Shown here piece by piece: positions 1 through 8,372 of a DNA stretch of 40,156 nt (position 1 is its first letter; the number at the start of each line of letters is the position of its first letter). A program made the translations under genes and the position numbers. The notes below the pieces were generated by a model. The model saw nothing but the letters and a program-made list of their open reading frames with translations, did not search any database and had not been told where the DNA came from. Source of the DNA: a virus (Duplodnaviria; Caudoviricetes); the IMG/VR virus record IMGVR_UViG_3300017645_000185, positions 1-40,156 of that record; one strand, written 5' to 3'.

Positions 1-990
1 CTATGCAGATTTCTTTCCAGATCTGGATAGCGACGGCCCCTCGACCTCCGGGACCTCTCGCAACCGGATATAGCGGTCCGTCATGGTAGCAGTCGTATGC
101 CCGGCCAGAGCCGTTGGATTCTTCCCCTGGCGCTTGGCATCGGTCAGTGACTTTGCCCGAATGTCGTGAATATGGGCATCCTCGACCCCCGCCGCAGCTA
201 CCGCTTCATCCCATTGATCCCGTGTCACTCCGTATGATGGCGGTCTTCCGCCATGGGCTCGGGTTTGGAACAGGTTGGGGCTGACCACATTGCGCCCCAG
301 GGCCTTAGCCTGCTCGACCGCACTACGAAGTTCAGGCTTCCAGCGCACGATCAAGCTAGCACCGGTCTTCTCCTGGGTGAACGCGATCCCGGCCTCGGTC
401 AGGTCGGCGCGCTTGATCTTCAACACATCCCCTACCCGCTGGCCTGTCAGGTACAAGATATCCATGATGACCTGTAGTCGCGGGGTGGCGTGGGCTCGAA
501 TGGCGGCAAACTCTTCGTCCGTCAGGTAGCGCTTTCTCTTGGGCTCCGCATGCCGCATGATGCCGAGACAGGGATTGCTATCCACTTCCTGCCACTCCAC
601 AGCGTGGGCAAAGACTACCCGCAGGAACGAGATCACCCGATTCGCCATGTTGGGTGTAGATGCCATGTCCGCCTTCAGGGCCGCTACATGCTTGGGCATG
701 ACCTGACGGGGAGCGAATTCCACCATGGACTCATTGATGCGTCTCATGGCCGCCCGGTACTGAGAAATCGTGTTGGAGGATAGACGCGGAGAAATGTGGG
801 TTAGGACTCGCTCCATGAGGTCCGCCATGCCTCCTTGGGGACGGTCAAACCGTCTGGCGTATTCGGCCATGGCGGCTCCAAGATCCTCCGATAGGCGCGT
901 CCATTTCCCGGCCTTCACGTACCAGTACGCCCCGTGCTTGTGATAGACGCACGGGGGCAGATGGTTATCGGACTTCCGACGGCGACCCAT
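1..990 (-). CDS. int: Tyrosine recombinase phage integrase
   Basis: Catalytic motifs TGQRVGD, HDIRA, LAGH and RY; 329 aa. Confidence 0.95.
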   Translation of the reverse strand: MGRRRKSDNHLPPCVYHKHGAYWYVKAGKWTRLSEDLGAAMAEYARRFDRPQGGMADLMERVLTHISPRLSSNTISQYRAAMRRINESMVEFAPRQVMPKHVAALKADMASTPNMANRVISFLRVVFAHAVEWQEVDSNPCLGIMRHAEPKRKRYLTDEEFAAIRAHATPRLQVIMDILYLTGQRVGDVLKIKRADLTEAGIAFTQEKTGASLIVRWKPELRSAVEQAKALGRNVVSPNLFQTRAHGGRPPSYGVTRDQWDEAVAAAGVEDAHIHDIRAKSLTDAKRQGKNPTALAGHTTATMTDRYIRLREVPEVEGPSLSRSGKKSA

Positions 991-1186
991 TGCGCAGTCT
1001 CAATTGCGGCTCCCGGGAGGGCATTGTATCGATCCGCCCCTTATCCACGGCGTGCCGGTAGACCAAAATGCTTCCATCCCGTCGTTCCTGGAAGCGAATC
1101 CCCAGAGCTTTGAGTTCGCGTTTCTGGGCTGCTCTGCGGGTCTTGTTAGTGATTTCCTTGATATCGTCGTCGGTGAGGGTCAGCAT
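965..1186 (-). CDS. Excisionase-like protein (DUF4224-like)
   Basis: Small basic ORF overlapping int start; LTDDDIKEITNKTRRAAQKRELKALGIRF..RRDG pattern. Confidence 0.75.
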   Translation of the reverse strand: MLTLTDDDIKEITNKTRRAAQKRELKALGIRFQERRDGSILVYRHAVDKGRIDTMPSREPQLRLRNGSPSEVR

Positions 1187-1200
1187 ATCGCCTCCAAAAC

Positions 1201-1443
1201 CTAGCTCTTATTTCCTGATAGAAGGGCGGCAGCGCGCTTGAGGTCGCCTACGGTGAAGGCCGCAAAGTTGTTACCTTCCAGCGTCGACGCTTTGATGATG
1301 GGGTGGACTTCGTCACCGGGGTCGCCCCGCCATTCGGCCCATTCTTTTGCGAATGGCCTGAGCGCCGCTTCCAGTTCCGCCACGCGGGCGGAGAGGTTGC
1401 GGTTCTCCTGGATCAGGTCCGCGTTGATCTGGTCATAGGCCAT
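1201..1443 (-). CDS. Hypothetical protein (80 aa, N-terminal coiled coil)
   Basis: Start re-placed at MAYDQ with GGAGG RBS, abutting the upstream gene. Confidence 0.7.
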   Translation of the reverse strand: MAYDQINADLIQENRNLSARVAELEAALRPFAKEWAEWRGDPGDEVHPIIKASTLEGNNFAAFTVGDLKRAAALLSGNKS

Positions 1444-1444
1444 G

Positions 1445-1909
1445 TCAGCCTCCCTCTTGCTGCTGGCGGGCGGCCAATAGATGCCGAAGCGCCATAGCGT
1501 CCCACCATGCGTTGTGCTGCACGGCGCCCGGTAGGCCGGTTGGGTAGGCATCCACGCGGTGGATCTCGAATGACAGGTGCGGGATGCTGACCATCTGTCC
1601 CGGCCCGGTAATGATGGCTTGGCAGAAGTACCGCACATCGTCGGGCCAGTCGGTGTTGATGTGCGGCGCCGCGTCGGCAGACAGGAACGCCGCGATGCGG
1701 AATGCGCCGCCGGGGTGGTTGCAATTGACGACCGATACGTCGTAAGGCACGGCGCGCATGATGGGCAACACGTTTTCACGGACCCACGGCTCCTGTGCCA
1801 CGTGGTCGATGTAGGCGAGGTATAGCGATGCGCCATCCTCACGAACCAGCGCAAGGGATAGCAGCGGGCCGCCGAAGCCGTCGAATTCGGTGTCGAGGTA
1901 GTAGTTCAC
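1445..1909 (-). CDS. DEDD 3'-5' exoribonuclease (RNase AS/Rv2179c-like)
   Basis: GTG start overlapping upstream stop; YYLDTEF, WVRENVLP, DWPDD and HNAWWDA motifs. Confidence 0.75.
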   Translation of the reverse strand: MNYYLDTEFDGFGGPLLSLALVREDGASLYLAYIDHVAQEPWVRENVLPIMRAVPYDVSVVNCNHPGGAFRIAAFLSADAAPHINTDWPDDVRYFCQAIITGPGQMVSIPHLSFEIHRVDAYPTGLPGAVQHNAWWDAMALRHLLAARQQQEGG

Positions 1910-2184
1910 GCATCCCCCTTGGCGCGCTGGGCGTCGGGCGCCAGATAGACGGCGTAATCTCCCACCGGCAGCGCCAGCACGGCCGCATCGTCGGGCCAGA
2001 ACGTCGCCGTGCCCGAGGCATGGCATTCCAGGGTGCCGACCGGCTGCCGCCCCTCCCGGTCTGCGAGGACGGCTGCCTCGGCGACCTCAGCAGCGAACTC
2101 GCGGACCATATTGGGATGCAGGCCGTGCTTGTCAGCCAAGGCGTCAAGCTGGTCGCCCGTCAGAGTCTTGATGTCGTCAGCCAT
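1906..2184 (-). CDS. Hypothetical protein
   Basis: Translationally coupled ORF in the early-left operon. Confidence 0.7.
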   Translation of the reverse strand: MADDIKTLTGDQLDALADKHGLHPNMVREFAAEVAEAAVLADREGRQPVGTLECHASGTATFWPDDAAVLALPVGDYAVYLAPDAQRAKGDA

Positions 2185-2186
2185 AG

Positions 2187-2291
2187 TCAGTCCTTGAACA
2201 CGAGGAACAGGAACAATCCCAGGCAGCCGAACGTGCCGGCCGGGATGACGATGTACAGGCCGATGGCCTGGATGATTTCGATCATGGTCAT
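2187..2291 (-). CDS. Small membrane protein (34 aa), absent from ORF track
   Basis: MTMIEIIQAIGLYIVIPAGTFGCLGLFLFLVFKD; ATGA overlap with upstream stop; fills the gap exactly. Confidence 0.65.
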   Translation of the reverse strand: MTMIEIIQAIGLYIVIPAGTFGCLGLFLFLVFKD

Positions 2292-2638
2292 TCCTTGGGG
2301 ATGATGGCGAGCGGGATCAGCTTCTCGCGCTTCAGGTTGTCGGCGCTCGGGTTGGTGGTCCAGGCCTGGAACGGCGCTCCAGGCCGCTCAAAAGCCCACG
2401 CCACCGGCCGCAGCTCGGCGATCAGGTCGGCGCGGGCCTGGGCGTAGCAGGCGCGACCGTAGTCGCTCGCTAACCGTTTGATGGCCGCCGTTAATGCATC
2501 AGCAGCGCGGCTGGCTTCCGGGCCGGGCGACGCCTCGTTCCAGGCGCATATCTCTGCCCAGGGCGACGCGAATACCGATTCCAGGTCAAGCGACAAAGGC
2601 GGCAGCCCCGGATCGGGCGTATTGGTGGGGGTGGTCAT
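2288..2638 (-). CDS. Hypothetical protein
   Basis: Coupled ORF; PVAW motif typical of lambdoid Ea-region proteins. Confidence 0.7.
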   Translation of the reverse strand: MTTPTNTPDPGLPPLSLDLESVFASPWAEICAWNEASPGPEASRAADALTAAIKRLASDYGRACYAQARADLIAELRPVAWAFERPGAPFQAWTTNPSADNLKREKLIPLAIIPKE

Positions 2639-2640
2639 GG

Positions 2641-2904
2641 TCAGTCCAGTCCTGTTTCAGGTGGCGCAGTGCGATAGAGCCGCGCGATTTCCTCGAACGC
2701 GGTGGCCATCTGCTCTCGGCGGTCTTGCGACTTCGGGAGCCAGAACGTGATCGCGGATCGGTCATCGTCCATGGGCGGATGGTGCAGTCGCTCGGACGAA
2801 TGCAGGATTAGCTGGATGCCGTGATAGCGGACCCCGGTGTTCGATTCCTTCACGGTGGTCAGAACTTCCGAGGTCTGTTCTTGGCTATAGACGTTGATAC
2901 GCAT
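2641..2904 (-). CDS. Hypothetical protein
   Basis: Tightly packed operon ORF with RBS. Confidence 0.75.
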   Translation of the reverse strand: MRINVYSQEQTSEVLTTVKESNTGVRYHGIQLILHSSERLHHPPMDDDRSAITFWLPKSQDRREQMATAFEEIARLYRTAPPETGLD

Positions 2905-2906
2905 GC

Positions 2907-3134
2907 TCAGCCCTCCCGCCCGGTGGTGCGCTGTACCGGCCTGCGCATACCCTTGATGGCCGCTGCGGCATCCGCTTGAATGTTCTCGTAGGCGTATTCC
3001 AGCGCCTCTTCGAACTCTAAGCCGTACTCCTTCTCAGCCTGCCGGCGTAGTTGGTCTGGCGTCTGGTACTCCTTGGCGATGCGCCGCAGGGCGTCATACA
3101 TGCGCTGTTCGCGCTCGATGCGTTTGTCACTCAT
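2907..3134 (-). CDS. Hypothetical protein
   Basis: Tightly packed operon ORF. Confidence 0.75.
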   Translation of the reverse strand: MSDKRIEREQRMYDALRRIAKEYQTPDQLRRQAEKEYGLEFEEALEYAYENIQADAAAAIKGMRRPVQRTTGREG

Positions 3135-3378
3135 GATCGCCTCCGCTGGTGCGCTGCTCGATGTGCCGGACGACAGCGGCCGCGATCTTCTCAGCTAACT
3201 GATCTTCGGCGCGCGCCTTCCTTACTACCTCTTCATGCGCCCGACACGACGGGCACGGGAGCCCTTGCAACTTCGTCCAGTGATAATGCTGGGTGCGGTC
3301 GCCACAGGGCGGCATCGGTAGATGTGCGAACGCCTCTTCCAGGGTGCGGCGAGGGGCGCGCTTAAATGGCCAGATCAT
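3127..3378 (-). CDS. Hypothetical protein with possible Zn-binding motif
   Basis: C..H..H..CPSC; overlaps both neighbours. Confidence 0.65.
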   Translation of the reverse strand: MIWPFKRAPRRTLEEAFAHLPMPPCGDRTQHYHWTKLQGLPCPSCRAHEEVVRKARAEDQLAEKIAAAVVRHIEQRTSGGDHE

Positions 3379-3683
3379 GCTGCGCCCCCATCGCTGGGGC
3401 GCTGCTCACCTCCTGCTGCGCGGCGGACGCCGACACTCGGCTGGGTCGTGCCTAATGCCAACTTTGCCTCGTCGATTTCCGCCCAGGCAAAGTTGTTTTT
3501 CGTGGCGTTGCTGTGAATCTCCACGATTGAGACAAGATCACGTAGCGCGGATTTAAGGTGCTTGATCTGGTTTGCGGCTTCAGCAGCAAGGCTGTCTGGG
3601 CGATTATCTGCCAATTCCCGCAGCCGTTGCTCTCGATCACGGAAGTAACCGTATTCAGCGAAAAACTCGTTCGGCTCTATCAC
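3375..3683 (-). CDS. Hypothetical protein
   Basis: ATGA-coupled ORF. Confidence 0.7.
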   Translation of the reverse strand: MIEPNEFFAEYGYFRDREQRLRELADNRPDSLAAEAANQIKHLKSALRDLVSIVEIHSNATKNNFAWAEIDEAKLALGTTQPSVGVRRAAGGEQRPSDGGAA

Positions 3684-5182
3684 TCCGCTTCTCCCTCAAT
3701 GCGGCGAGCGGCGTCGATGGCGGCGTCCAGTTTGTCACCCACGAGCAAGAGTCCATCCTCGTCGATGATGTCCAGCTTGGTGGTTTCGTCGCGCAGCCAC
3801 CGATACCGCGCCGCATCCAGCGACATGCGGCGTAGCTGTTCGAGCAATGTCACATTGCCACCGTCCGGAGGGTCCAGGTAGACCGGGCCACTCGGGAGCA
3901 GCGCGTAGAGCTGGGCAATATCTGGCGCATCCCCATGGGCGGCCGGCACCTGCGCGCGCTCTTTCAGCAGCGCCACCCGCACACTACGGGCCATTCCCAG
4001 CGCCGTTTCGAGGTCAGCTTTGGCGGGATGCTCGCTCTCCAGCACGCGGCAGATGAAAGCCATCTCGTAGTGCGGGGAGTCGGGCGAGGCGGCCGGTGCC
4101 TGGGCGCTGGTCTGGGCGACGAGTGCGGCGCGGATCAGCGCGGCGTCCGCTTCGCGATTCTTGCTGCCGCCGTAGCTGCGTTCGTAGTTGTCGTGCTCCA
4201 GGTTCGCCAGCGCGTCGGATAGCTCGTCCGGCAACTCTCCAGCATTCCCGGATGGTTGGGCCTGGGCGGCAACGGGGGCGTCCAAATAGACGCGCCGTAT
4301 CTCTCCCCCCGGATGTTCGTGCAGGATCGCCTTGGCATAGGATTCACTCCGACACCATGCGACCGGCTCCGAGGTATCCGGCACGGTTATGGCCCACGCC
4401 ACCGGCTCCACGCTCGCGGCAACGGGGCCGTTGATGATTTCGTTGCCTCCGGCGCCCTTTTGGATGAACACACCGCTAGGAAGGCCCGCGCTCGCGGCGG
4501 GCTGCGCGCCGTAGCGGGCCACGACAGTGCGGATGGCGTTGGCGGCACCCGGGTCAATCGAAATCGGCGCGGTAAGAGCTGCTTCAATGTGCTTGGCAAG
4601 GGCCAGCAGGGTGCGGACGTCCGCGTCGCTCGGCTCGGCCTTCTGCGGCGCTGCCTGCCCGCTGGGCTGCGCCAGGGCGGCAGGCCGCGCACCATAGCGG
4701 GCCAGCAGGGCGCGGGCGAAATCCAGGATGATCCCAGGATATTCGCAGCCTTCCGGCGAGTGCTGGATGGCGTCGTGCTCCCGAGCCAGCTTCAAGATTT
4801 CCTCGTCGCTCGGCTCGGCCTGCGGCGGAACCGTTGCGGCAGCATGCTGGGCGCATTCGCTGATGAAACGGCACTTCTCTATCTGGTCCCAGCGCTTTGC
4901 CTTAACCTGGACCCCGCCCGTCAGCGTGGCGTTGATGATCCGCCCGCTATCGCCCAGGTCTACCGTTGGCACACTTGCGGGCTGCTCGTCCTGCACAGGC
5001 TGGGCGCGCACGTACTCGATATCAGCGTCGAACTGACGATCTTTGCACCAGGTCACGTCAGCTAGTTCCCTGAACTGGATCGGCTCGTCGAGTTCTCCGA
5101 CTACGAGGAAAATCCGTTCCGGTGCGCCAGAGACTTGTTCCGCACTCTGCCCGCTGGGCGGTTGATTGGTGTCATTGGTCAT
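3680..5182 (-). CDS. Mosaic Ea-region protein with repeated modules
   Basis: 500 aa; two AEPSD...ARYGA modules, EPVAW and DAARYRWLRD...LDAAIDAA motifs, Ala/Pro/Gln linkers. Confidence 0.8.
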   Translation of the reverse strand: MTNDTNQPPSGQSAEQVSGAPERIFLVVGELDEPIQFRELADVTWCKDRQFDADIEYVRAQPVQDEQPASVPTVDLGDSGRIINATLTGGVQVKAKRWDQIEKCRFISECAQHAAATVPPQAEPSDEEILKLAREHDAIQHSPEGCEYPGIILDFARALLARYGARPAALAQPSGQAAPQKAEPSDADVRTLLALAKHIEAALTAPISIDPGAANAIRTVVARYGAQPAASAGLPSGVFIQKGAGGNEIINGPVAASVEPVAWAITVPDTSEPVAWCRSESYAKAILHEHPGGEIRRVYLDAPVAAQAQPSGNAGELPDELSDALANLEHDNYERSYGGSKNREADAALIRAALVAQTSAQAPAASPDSPHYEMAFICRVLESEHPAKADLETALGMARSVRVALLKERAQVPAAHGDAPDIAQLYALLPSGPVYLDPPDGGNVTLLEQLRRMSLDAARYRWLRDETTKLDIIDEDGLLLVGDKLDAAIDAARRIEGEAE

Positions 5183-5412
5183 TGTGGATCTCCTTGCGCC
5201 GCCTCATTACTGCGTATCCATTCAACACGCCCGATAAGAACCATGTCCTTGTGGTTGACCCTCACATAGGCATCGCCGCCGCCTGGGACTCGGACGTATC
5301 CCTGAGCACCCCAGGTGCGCGCTTCAGTCACGGTCATGAAGCAGGCTCCGAAATTCTCGACGGACGGGTCGATCTGCACCACGTCTCCCACGGCCAGGTT
5401 ATTTGTTGCCAT
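5179..5412 (-). CDS. Hypothetical protein (SH3/KOW-like beta barrel)
   Basis: LAVGDVVQI motif; coupled ORF. Confidence 0.7.
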   Translation of the reverse strand: MATNNLAVGDVVQIDPSVENFGACFMTVTEARTWGAQGYVRVPGGGDAYVRVNHKDMVLIGRVEWIRSNEAAQGDPQ

Positions 5413-5803
5413 GCTCTTCTCCTTGGCTGTGGTCGAGGGCGGATCGGGCGTTCAGCAGCGTCTGGGTGGGTTCGACATGCAACAGCGCTTCGCAGCCCGC
5501 GGCGTGTGCGATCAAATCGGCCAGCGCCTCCCGCAGCCTCGCTATCTCCGCGTCCTTGCGCTCGATCTCGTCGAGTAGGGCGGATACGGTGGCGGGGTTG
5601 GCGGCGGCGATGTACTCGCCGTTCTCGCGCGCGCCTGGCGCATTGATCTGGTGGTTGCCGTCATGGCCGTAGGCGACAGCCAGAATGTTGTGCCTGGGAT
5701 GGCCTTCGCCGGCCTGGACGTAGCCGGCGCTACCGATGGCAGACCACGGCCCCGGCGTAGCCTTCTCCAGCAATTCCCGCAGGTGTTTGGTGTCAACGGT
5801 CAT
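5399..5803 (-). CDS. Ead/Ea22-like protein
   Basis: LRELLEKATPGPW...YIAAANPATVSALLDEIE signature. Confidence 0.85.
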   Translation of the reverse strand: MTVDTKHLRELLEKATPGPWSAIGSAGYVQAGEGHPRHNILAVAYGHDGNHQINAPGARENGEYIAAANPATVSALLDEIERKDAEIARLREALADLIAHAAGCEALLHVEPTQTLLNARSALDHSQGEEHGNK

Positions 5804-6057
5804 TACTGGACCCCTATTTGCATCGGCTCCTTGAAGGAAGCGGACAGCGGTGACAAGTGGCTGTACACCCTCCGAGCGGTCTCCATGTCACCGCACACCA
5901 GATGAAACGGAAGGTCGAAGCAATGCCACTTCCCCGGCGCGATGTTCGATGCGGACGGCTGGTGGCGTTCGGCCATGAACTCTTTGAGATCGGCAGGCCA
6001 CTCGACACCCGAGCGGCTTTCCATCTGGTCGATGGTGAGGTTTCCGAGCATGATCAT
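5803..6057 (-). CDS. Hypothetical protein (84 aa)
   Basis: Start at MIMLGN with GAGG RBS and ATGA overlap. Confidence 0.7.
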   Translation of the reverse strand: MIMLGNLTIDQMESRSGVEWPADLKEFMAERHQPSASNIAPGKWHCFDLPFHLVCGDMETARRVYSHLSPLSASFKEPMQIGVQ

Positions 6058-6245
6058 TCCTCCCCTCCCACCACATCCAGCACCAGCGCCCGGATATCCA
6101 AATTCGGCGAGACGGCGTACTTGCGACGTAGCACCCGGCACTCTTCCTCGCTCATGTCGGTGATGCGCTCGCGCAGATCTGCTATACAGTCCTTCCACGC
6201 CTTTGCGATGTGGAATTGGGTGATTTCGTTTTCAGCGGAAGTCAT
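6054..6245 (-). CDS. Hypothetical protein (63 aa)
   Basis: Start at MTSAENE after GAGGG RBS. Confidence 0.65.
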   Translation of the reverse strand: MTSAENEITQFHIAKAWKDCIADLRERITDMSEEECRVLRRKYAVSPNLDIRALVLDVVGGEE

Positions 6246-6253
6246 GATGTCCC

Positions 6254-6478
6254 TCAGAAGGTGACGGGTTGCGCCACAGCCCGAGTCAAGGCCATGTACC
6301 CTTGCTGCAACTCGGTCGTGGCGATGCTGGCCCAGCGGTGGCCGTCGGTGAGGGTCGGGCCCGTCTCCGGCCGGGACTCGATGTGCATGCGCACACGGTG
6401 TACGAGCTCTCGGGTCTGCTCCGCGTGGGCTTTGATTTCGTTGATGAGGGCGAGCGCTTCGTCGGAAATTTCGTTCAT
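6254..6478 (-). CDS. acb2: Acb2-like anti-CBASS cyclic-nucleotide sponge, N-terminally short
   Basis: C-terminus RWASIATTELQQGYMALTRAVAQPVTF matches the Acb2 pattern RW.I..T..Q.G.MA..RA.AQP..F (recalled); INEIK helix present. Confidence 0.8.
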   Translation of the reverse strand: MNEISDEALALINEIKAHAEQTRELVHRVRMHIESRPETGPTLTDGHRWASIATTELQQGYMALTRAVAQPVTF

Positions 6479-6495
6479 GTGGGCTCCAGGGCGTT

Positions 6496-6517
6496 AAAAA
6501 CCCCGCTCGGGGCGGGG
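6496..6517 (-). terminator. Intrinsic terminator within the early-left operon
   Basis: CCCCGC-loop-GCGGGG followed by TTTTT on the minus strand. Confidence 0.75.
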
Positions 6518-6691
6518 TCAGGCGGGGATGAACTTGCGGATTCGGGAGTTCACGCTCTTCCGGCTCTTGAATTCCTTGATACCGCCTGCGCGTCGCTTCC
6601 TGGCAGCCTCCCGAGTCTGGTGGCAGGACCAAGTCGGCCACGACTCCCCACCGTCAAAGCTGTACTCGAGGATCCAGTAATGGTCTTGCAT
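6518..6691 (-). CDS. Hypothetical protein (57 aa)
   Basis: Start MQDHYW with AAGGAG RBS. Confidence 0.65.
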   Translation of the reverse strand: MQDHYWILEYSFDGGESWPTWSCHQTREAARKRRAGGIKEFKSRKSVNSRIRKFIPA

Positions 6692-6701
6692 GGTGGTCTC
6701 C

Positions 6702-6911
6702 TTACACGGGGCAACCGCAGCGATGGCAGCGGTGAAGGTTAGGGGAAGGGGTCGTCTTGACGGCCTTGTAGGATTCCATCGAGGCGATGCGGTAGACACT
6801 GGATAGAGCCAAATCAAAGCGGGATGCAATTACCTTGCGGCGGATCCCGGCATGGAACATCTCTCGCAGTTCGCAGACCTGTATGGGGGATAGCTTCGGG
6901 GTTCCGTCCAT
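6702..6911 (-). CDS. Small HTH protein with C-terminal CxxCxC
   Basis: KLSPIQVCELR..RKVIASRFDLALSSVYRI helix-turn-helix pattern. Confidence 0.7.
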   Translation of the reverse strand: MDGTPKLSPIQVCELREMFHAGIRRKVIASRFDLALSSVYRIASMESYKAVKTTPSPNLHRCHRCGCPV

Positions 6912-8026
6912 CAGGCAGCCTCCGCTTCAGGGATTTGATCGGTTCCGTCAGTTTCTTCCGGCTCTCCCGGGACAGGGGGCTTCTCCCATGCGTAGTGCTT
7001 GCCTTCTAGCTTGACCCACAAGTCATCTCGGAACATGTTGATCGTCGGCCAGTCGAACGACTTGATGCGTTCCCAGGACCTGCTTCCGAAAATGTCTTCC
7101 AGAAGGTCGCCCTTGGCTTTCTTGGCATCCGCTGATTGTCCTGGGTGATGCTTTCCGATGATCTCGGCAATTTCGTCCAGAGCGATCTCCTTCATCCGCT
7201 TCTCTTTCTGCCAGCGAGGTTCACCGTCCTCGGTAAACAGCTCCTCGCTGGTGCGGCTGGTGTCTACGCCGACGTGTTCCCCACCCAGGTTGAGGAACTC
7301 GATATGCGGCAGAAAGTCCCGGAACGTCGGGTTCTGGAAGGTCTTGCCGTCAATCCGGGTGCTGCGATCCTTCAGGACTGTGGCGGTACGCCACACCCTG
7401 GGGCCGTCGTCGGCGAGATCCTGGTGCTTCTCCATCAGGACCAGGATTGATGGCTCGTAACCCGTCTCCGTCTCCGCCTTCATCTTGACGCCCGTCTTGG
7501 CAAGTTCCTTTTTGCCCGACTCGTTCTCGAAGAAGTCGTATTCGTACCCGGCGCGGCCGCACATGATGATGTGGCATTTGCTGTTGACGAACAGGTCAGT
7601 GAATTTTCCCCATTCGGCCTTCAGCCATGCCCAGTCCTGAAACTCCAGGCCCCGTTTACGGTTCTTGCGCTGAGCGTACTCTTCGGTCAGGTTGCGCCAG
7701 AAGTGGCTGATGGAGTCGATTAGCAGGACTGATCCAGAGGATTCCGCCTCCTTGACCGCCGTCAGCAGATCCACGAACGCCCGAGTCTTGGCAGTGAACA
7801 ACTCTATATTGGCCGCATCGAAACGGGGCTTTACCCAGTCGGATCCCGTCTCGGTGTCCAGGAACATGACGGGGTTATCACCAGCCGGTAGCTTGCGTTG
7901 CCGCATCAGTTCGACAAGGCCGATAGCGATTTCCGTCGCTGTGTAGGTCTTGCCGTCTCCAGCAAAGCCCATAAGACCCGCCTTTAGAAAGGCTTGGGTG
8001 TTGGATGCTCGTTGAAAGAGTGCCAT
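6911..8026 (-). CDS. AAA_24/Sak4-like ATPase (recombination function)
   Basis: Walker A GFAGDGKT, FLDTETGS, Walker B LLIDSISH; position in early-left operon. Confidence 0.8.
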   Translation of the reverse strand: MALFQRASNTQAFLKAGLMGFAGDGKTYTATEIAIGLVELMRQRKLPAGDNPVMFLDTETGSDWVKPRFDAANIELFTAKTRAFVDLLTAVKEAESSGSVLLIDSISHFWRNLTEEYAQRKNRKRGLEFQDWAWLKAEWGKFTDLFVNSKCHIIMCGRAGYEYDFFENESGKKELAKTGVKMKAETETGYEPSILVLMEKHQDLADDGPRVWRTATVLKDRSTRIDGKTFQNPTFRDFLPHIEFLNLGGEHVGVDTSRTSEELFTEDGEPRWQKEKRMKEIALDEIAEIIGKHHPGQSADAKKAKGDLLEDIFGSRSWERIKSFDWPTINMFRDDLWVKLEGKHYAWEKPPVPGEPEETDGTDQIPEAEAA

Positions 8027-8035
8027 ATTCAGTCC

Positions 8036-8236
8036 TTAGAATCCGACGACCTTCCCCACCACCATGAAGACGCAGTAGCAGACCGCCAACACAGCCAGCG
8101 CGCCTACCCAGCCCATGGCGGGGATCTTGTTGCTGTTCGGCTGCCACGCGCCGCCCCAGTCATGCGTGCGGGGCGTTCTGCCGGTCCAGTTCGCAGAGGA
8201 TCGGTCGATTCCTCCCGGCCAGTTCTGTACGTTCAT
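8036..8236 (-). CDS. Membrane-anchored hypothetical protein
   Basis: MNVQNW start with GAGG RBS; C-terminal TM segment. Confidence 0.7.
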   Translation of the reverse strand: MNVQNWPGGIDRSSANWTGRTPRTHDWGGAWQPNSNKIPAMGWVGALAVLAVCYCVFMVVGKVVGF

Positions 8237-8237
8237 A

Positions 8238-8372
8238 TCAGCCTCGAATGCCGGTGACAGACTCCGGCTGTTGGTTGGCGGGTTTGTGTCCGCCGTCAGC
8301 GATGGCGTCACCCAGGATGATCAGGGCCACAACCGCTATGATGGCGATCAGGATCCAATGCAGGATGGTCAT
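8238..8372 (-). CDS. Small membrane protein (44 aa), absent from ORF track
   Basis: MTILHWILIAIIAVVALIILGDAIADGG...; ATGA-coupled, fills the gap. Confidence 0.65.
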   Translation of the reverse strand: MTILHWILIAIIAVVALIILGDAIADGGHKPANQQPESVTGIRG

